From: an uncultured Myxococcales bacterium
GTDB lineage: Bacteria; Myxococcota_A; Polyangia; GCA-2747355; CAZCFB01
NCBI GenBank assembly: GCA_964511535.1
Contig: CAZEFW010000002.1
Location: 818 to 64,817 of the forward strand
Direction of reading: 5' to 3'
Length of the DNA: 64,000 bases
The first letter of the stretch is position 1, and every line of letters starts with the position of its first letter. Below are positions 63,291-64,000 of the stretch, in pieces. Made by a program: the position numbers and the translations under genes. Under the pieces are notes generated by a model. That model had not been told where the DNA came from and did no database searches. It saw nothing but the letters and a program-made list of their open reading frames with translations.

Positions 63291-64000
63291 TCAGGCCTCC
63301 CGGTCCCGGTCCCGCGCCCGGCGCGCCACGATGGCCCGGTGGGCACGCAGCCGGATGGCGTTGACCTTGATGAAGCCGAAGGAGTCGGCCTGATCGAAGC
63401 CGCCCTCGATGTCCATGCTCGACAGCTCCTGGTCGTACAGCGAGGTGGGGCTCTGGCGGCCCAGGATGGTGACGTTCCCTTTGTACAGCGACAGCCGCAC
63501 CACGCCGTCGATGAGCTCCTGGCTCTTGTCCACGGCGGCCATCAGAAACTCCATCTCCGGCGAGAACCAGAAACCGTTGTACATCAGCTCGGCGATCTTG
63601 GGGCTCAGCATGTTGCGCAGGCGCATCACCTCGCGGTCCATGGCGATGGCCTCCAGATCCCGGTGCGCTTCCAGCAGGATGGCGCCGCCCGGCGTCTCGT
63701 ACACGCCGCGGCTCTTGATGCCCACGAAGCGGTTCTCCACCATGTCCACCCGGCCCACGCCGTTGGCCCCGCCCACCTCGCACAGGAAGGTGAACAGCTC
63801 CAGCGGGTCGGCGTACTCCCGGGCGGCGTCCTCGTCGGTGACGTCCCGCACCAGGATCGGGTCGCCGTCCTTGAAGTGGACCTCCAGCACGGTCTCGGTG
63901 TCGGGCGCGTCCTTGGGAGAGACCGAGTAGGAGAACACGTCATCGGGGCAGGGGAAGGCCGGGTCCTCCAGGATGCCCGCCTCGTGGGACACGTGCAGCA
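63291..64000 (-). CDS. argG: argininosuccinate synthase (N-terminus beyond window, partial)
   Basis: [22 protein letters not shown] ArgG block. The ORF is open to the window edge. Confidence 0.9.
   Translation of the reverse strand, partial: LHVSHEAGILEDPAFPCPDDVFSYSVSPKDAPDTETVLEVHFKDGDPILVRDVTDEDAAREYADPLELFTFLCEVGGANGVGRVDMVENRFVGIKSRGVYETPGGAILLEAHRDLEAIAMDREVMRLRNMLSPKIAELMYNGFWFSPEMEFLMAAVDKSQELIDGVVRLSLYKGNVTILGRQSPTSLYDQELSSMDIEGGFDQADSFGFIKVNAIRLRAHRAIVARRARDRDREA

Overview
High-GC (~70%) chromosomal segment that looks Myxococcota-like from gene content. It holds about 50 protein-coding genes. Identified housekeeping genes are rsgA (19.7 kb), pheS/pheT (40.4-43.8 kb), a coxM-coxS-coxL-type molybdo-flavo-FeS dehydrogenase (46.9-50.6 kb), and argH plus a 5'-truncated argG (61.9-64.0 kb). 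Around them are many secreted or lipoprotein genes, two Ser/Thr kinases and several tandem-repeat-bearing Cys-rich proteins.

The most interesting part is 23.8-35.0 kb, an expanded RNA-repair supercluster centred on the sigma54 enhancer-binding protein RtcR (minus strand, 29177-30823). On one side, divergently, a near-consensus sigma54 promoter (about 30939-30954) sits downstream of an unusually AT-rich island. It is followed by a ~480-nt structured leader containing a tRNA T-arm mimic, then an SPFH/band-7 gene, rtcA and rtcB. On the other side, co-directional with rtcR, is a tightly packed four-gene cassette. Its genes are a GlmS-like amidotransferase of 884 aa, a small class-I SAM methyltransferase, a KxDG ATP-dependent RNA ligase, and an HD-phosphohydrolase/P-loop polynucleotide kinase (HD-Pnk-like). 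This looks like a composite end-healing, end-sealing and possibly end-marking system that is more elaborate than the canonical rtcBA locus.

The ORF track omits ORFs that run off the window edges. Manual translation shows a large minus-strand gene (coordinates 2324 down to <1) that encodes an N-terminal zinc-ribbon followed by a NACHT/STAND-like P-loop NTPase. Many long ORFs in the track are antisense or off-frame artefacts of the GC-rich sequence and were rejected.
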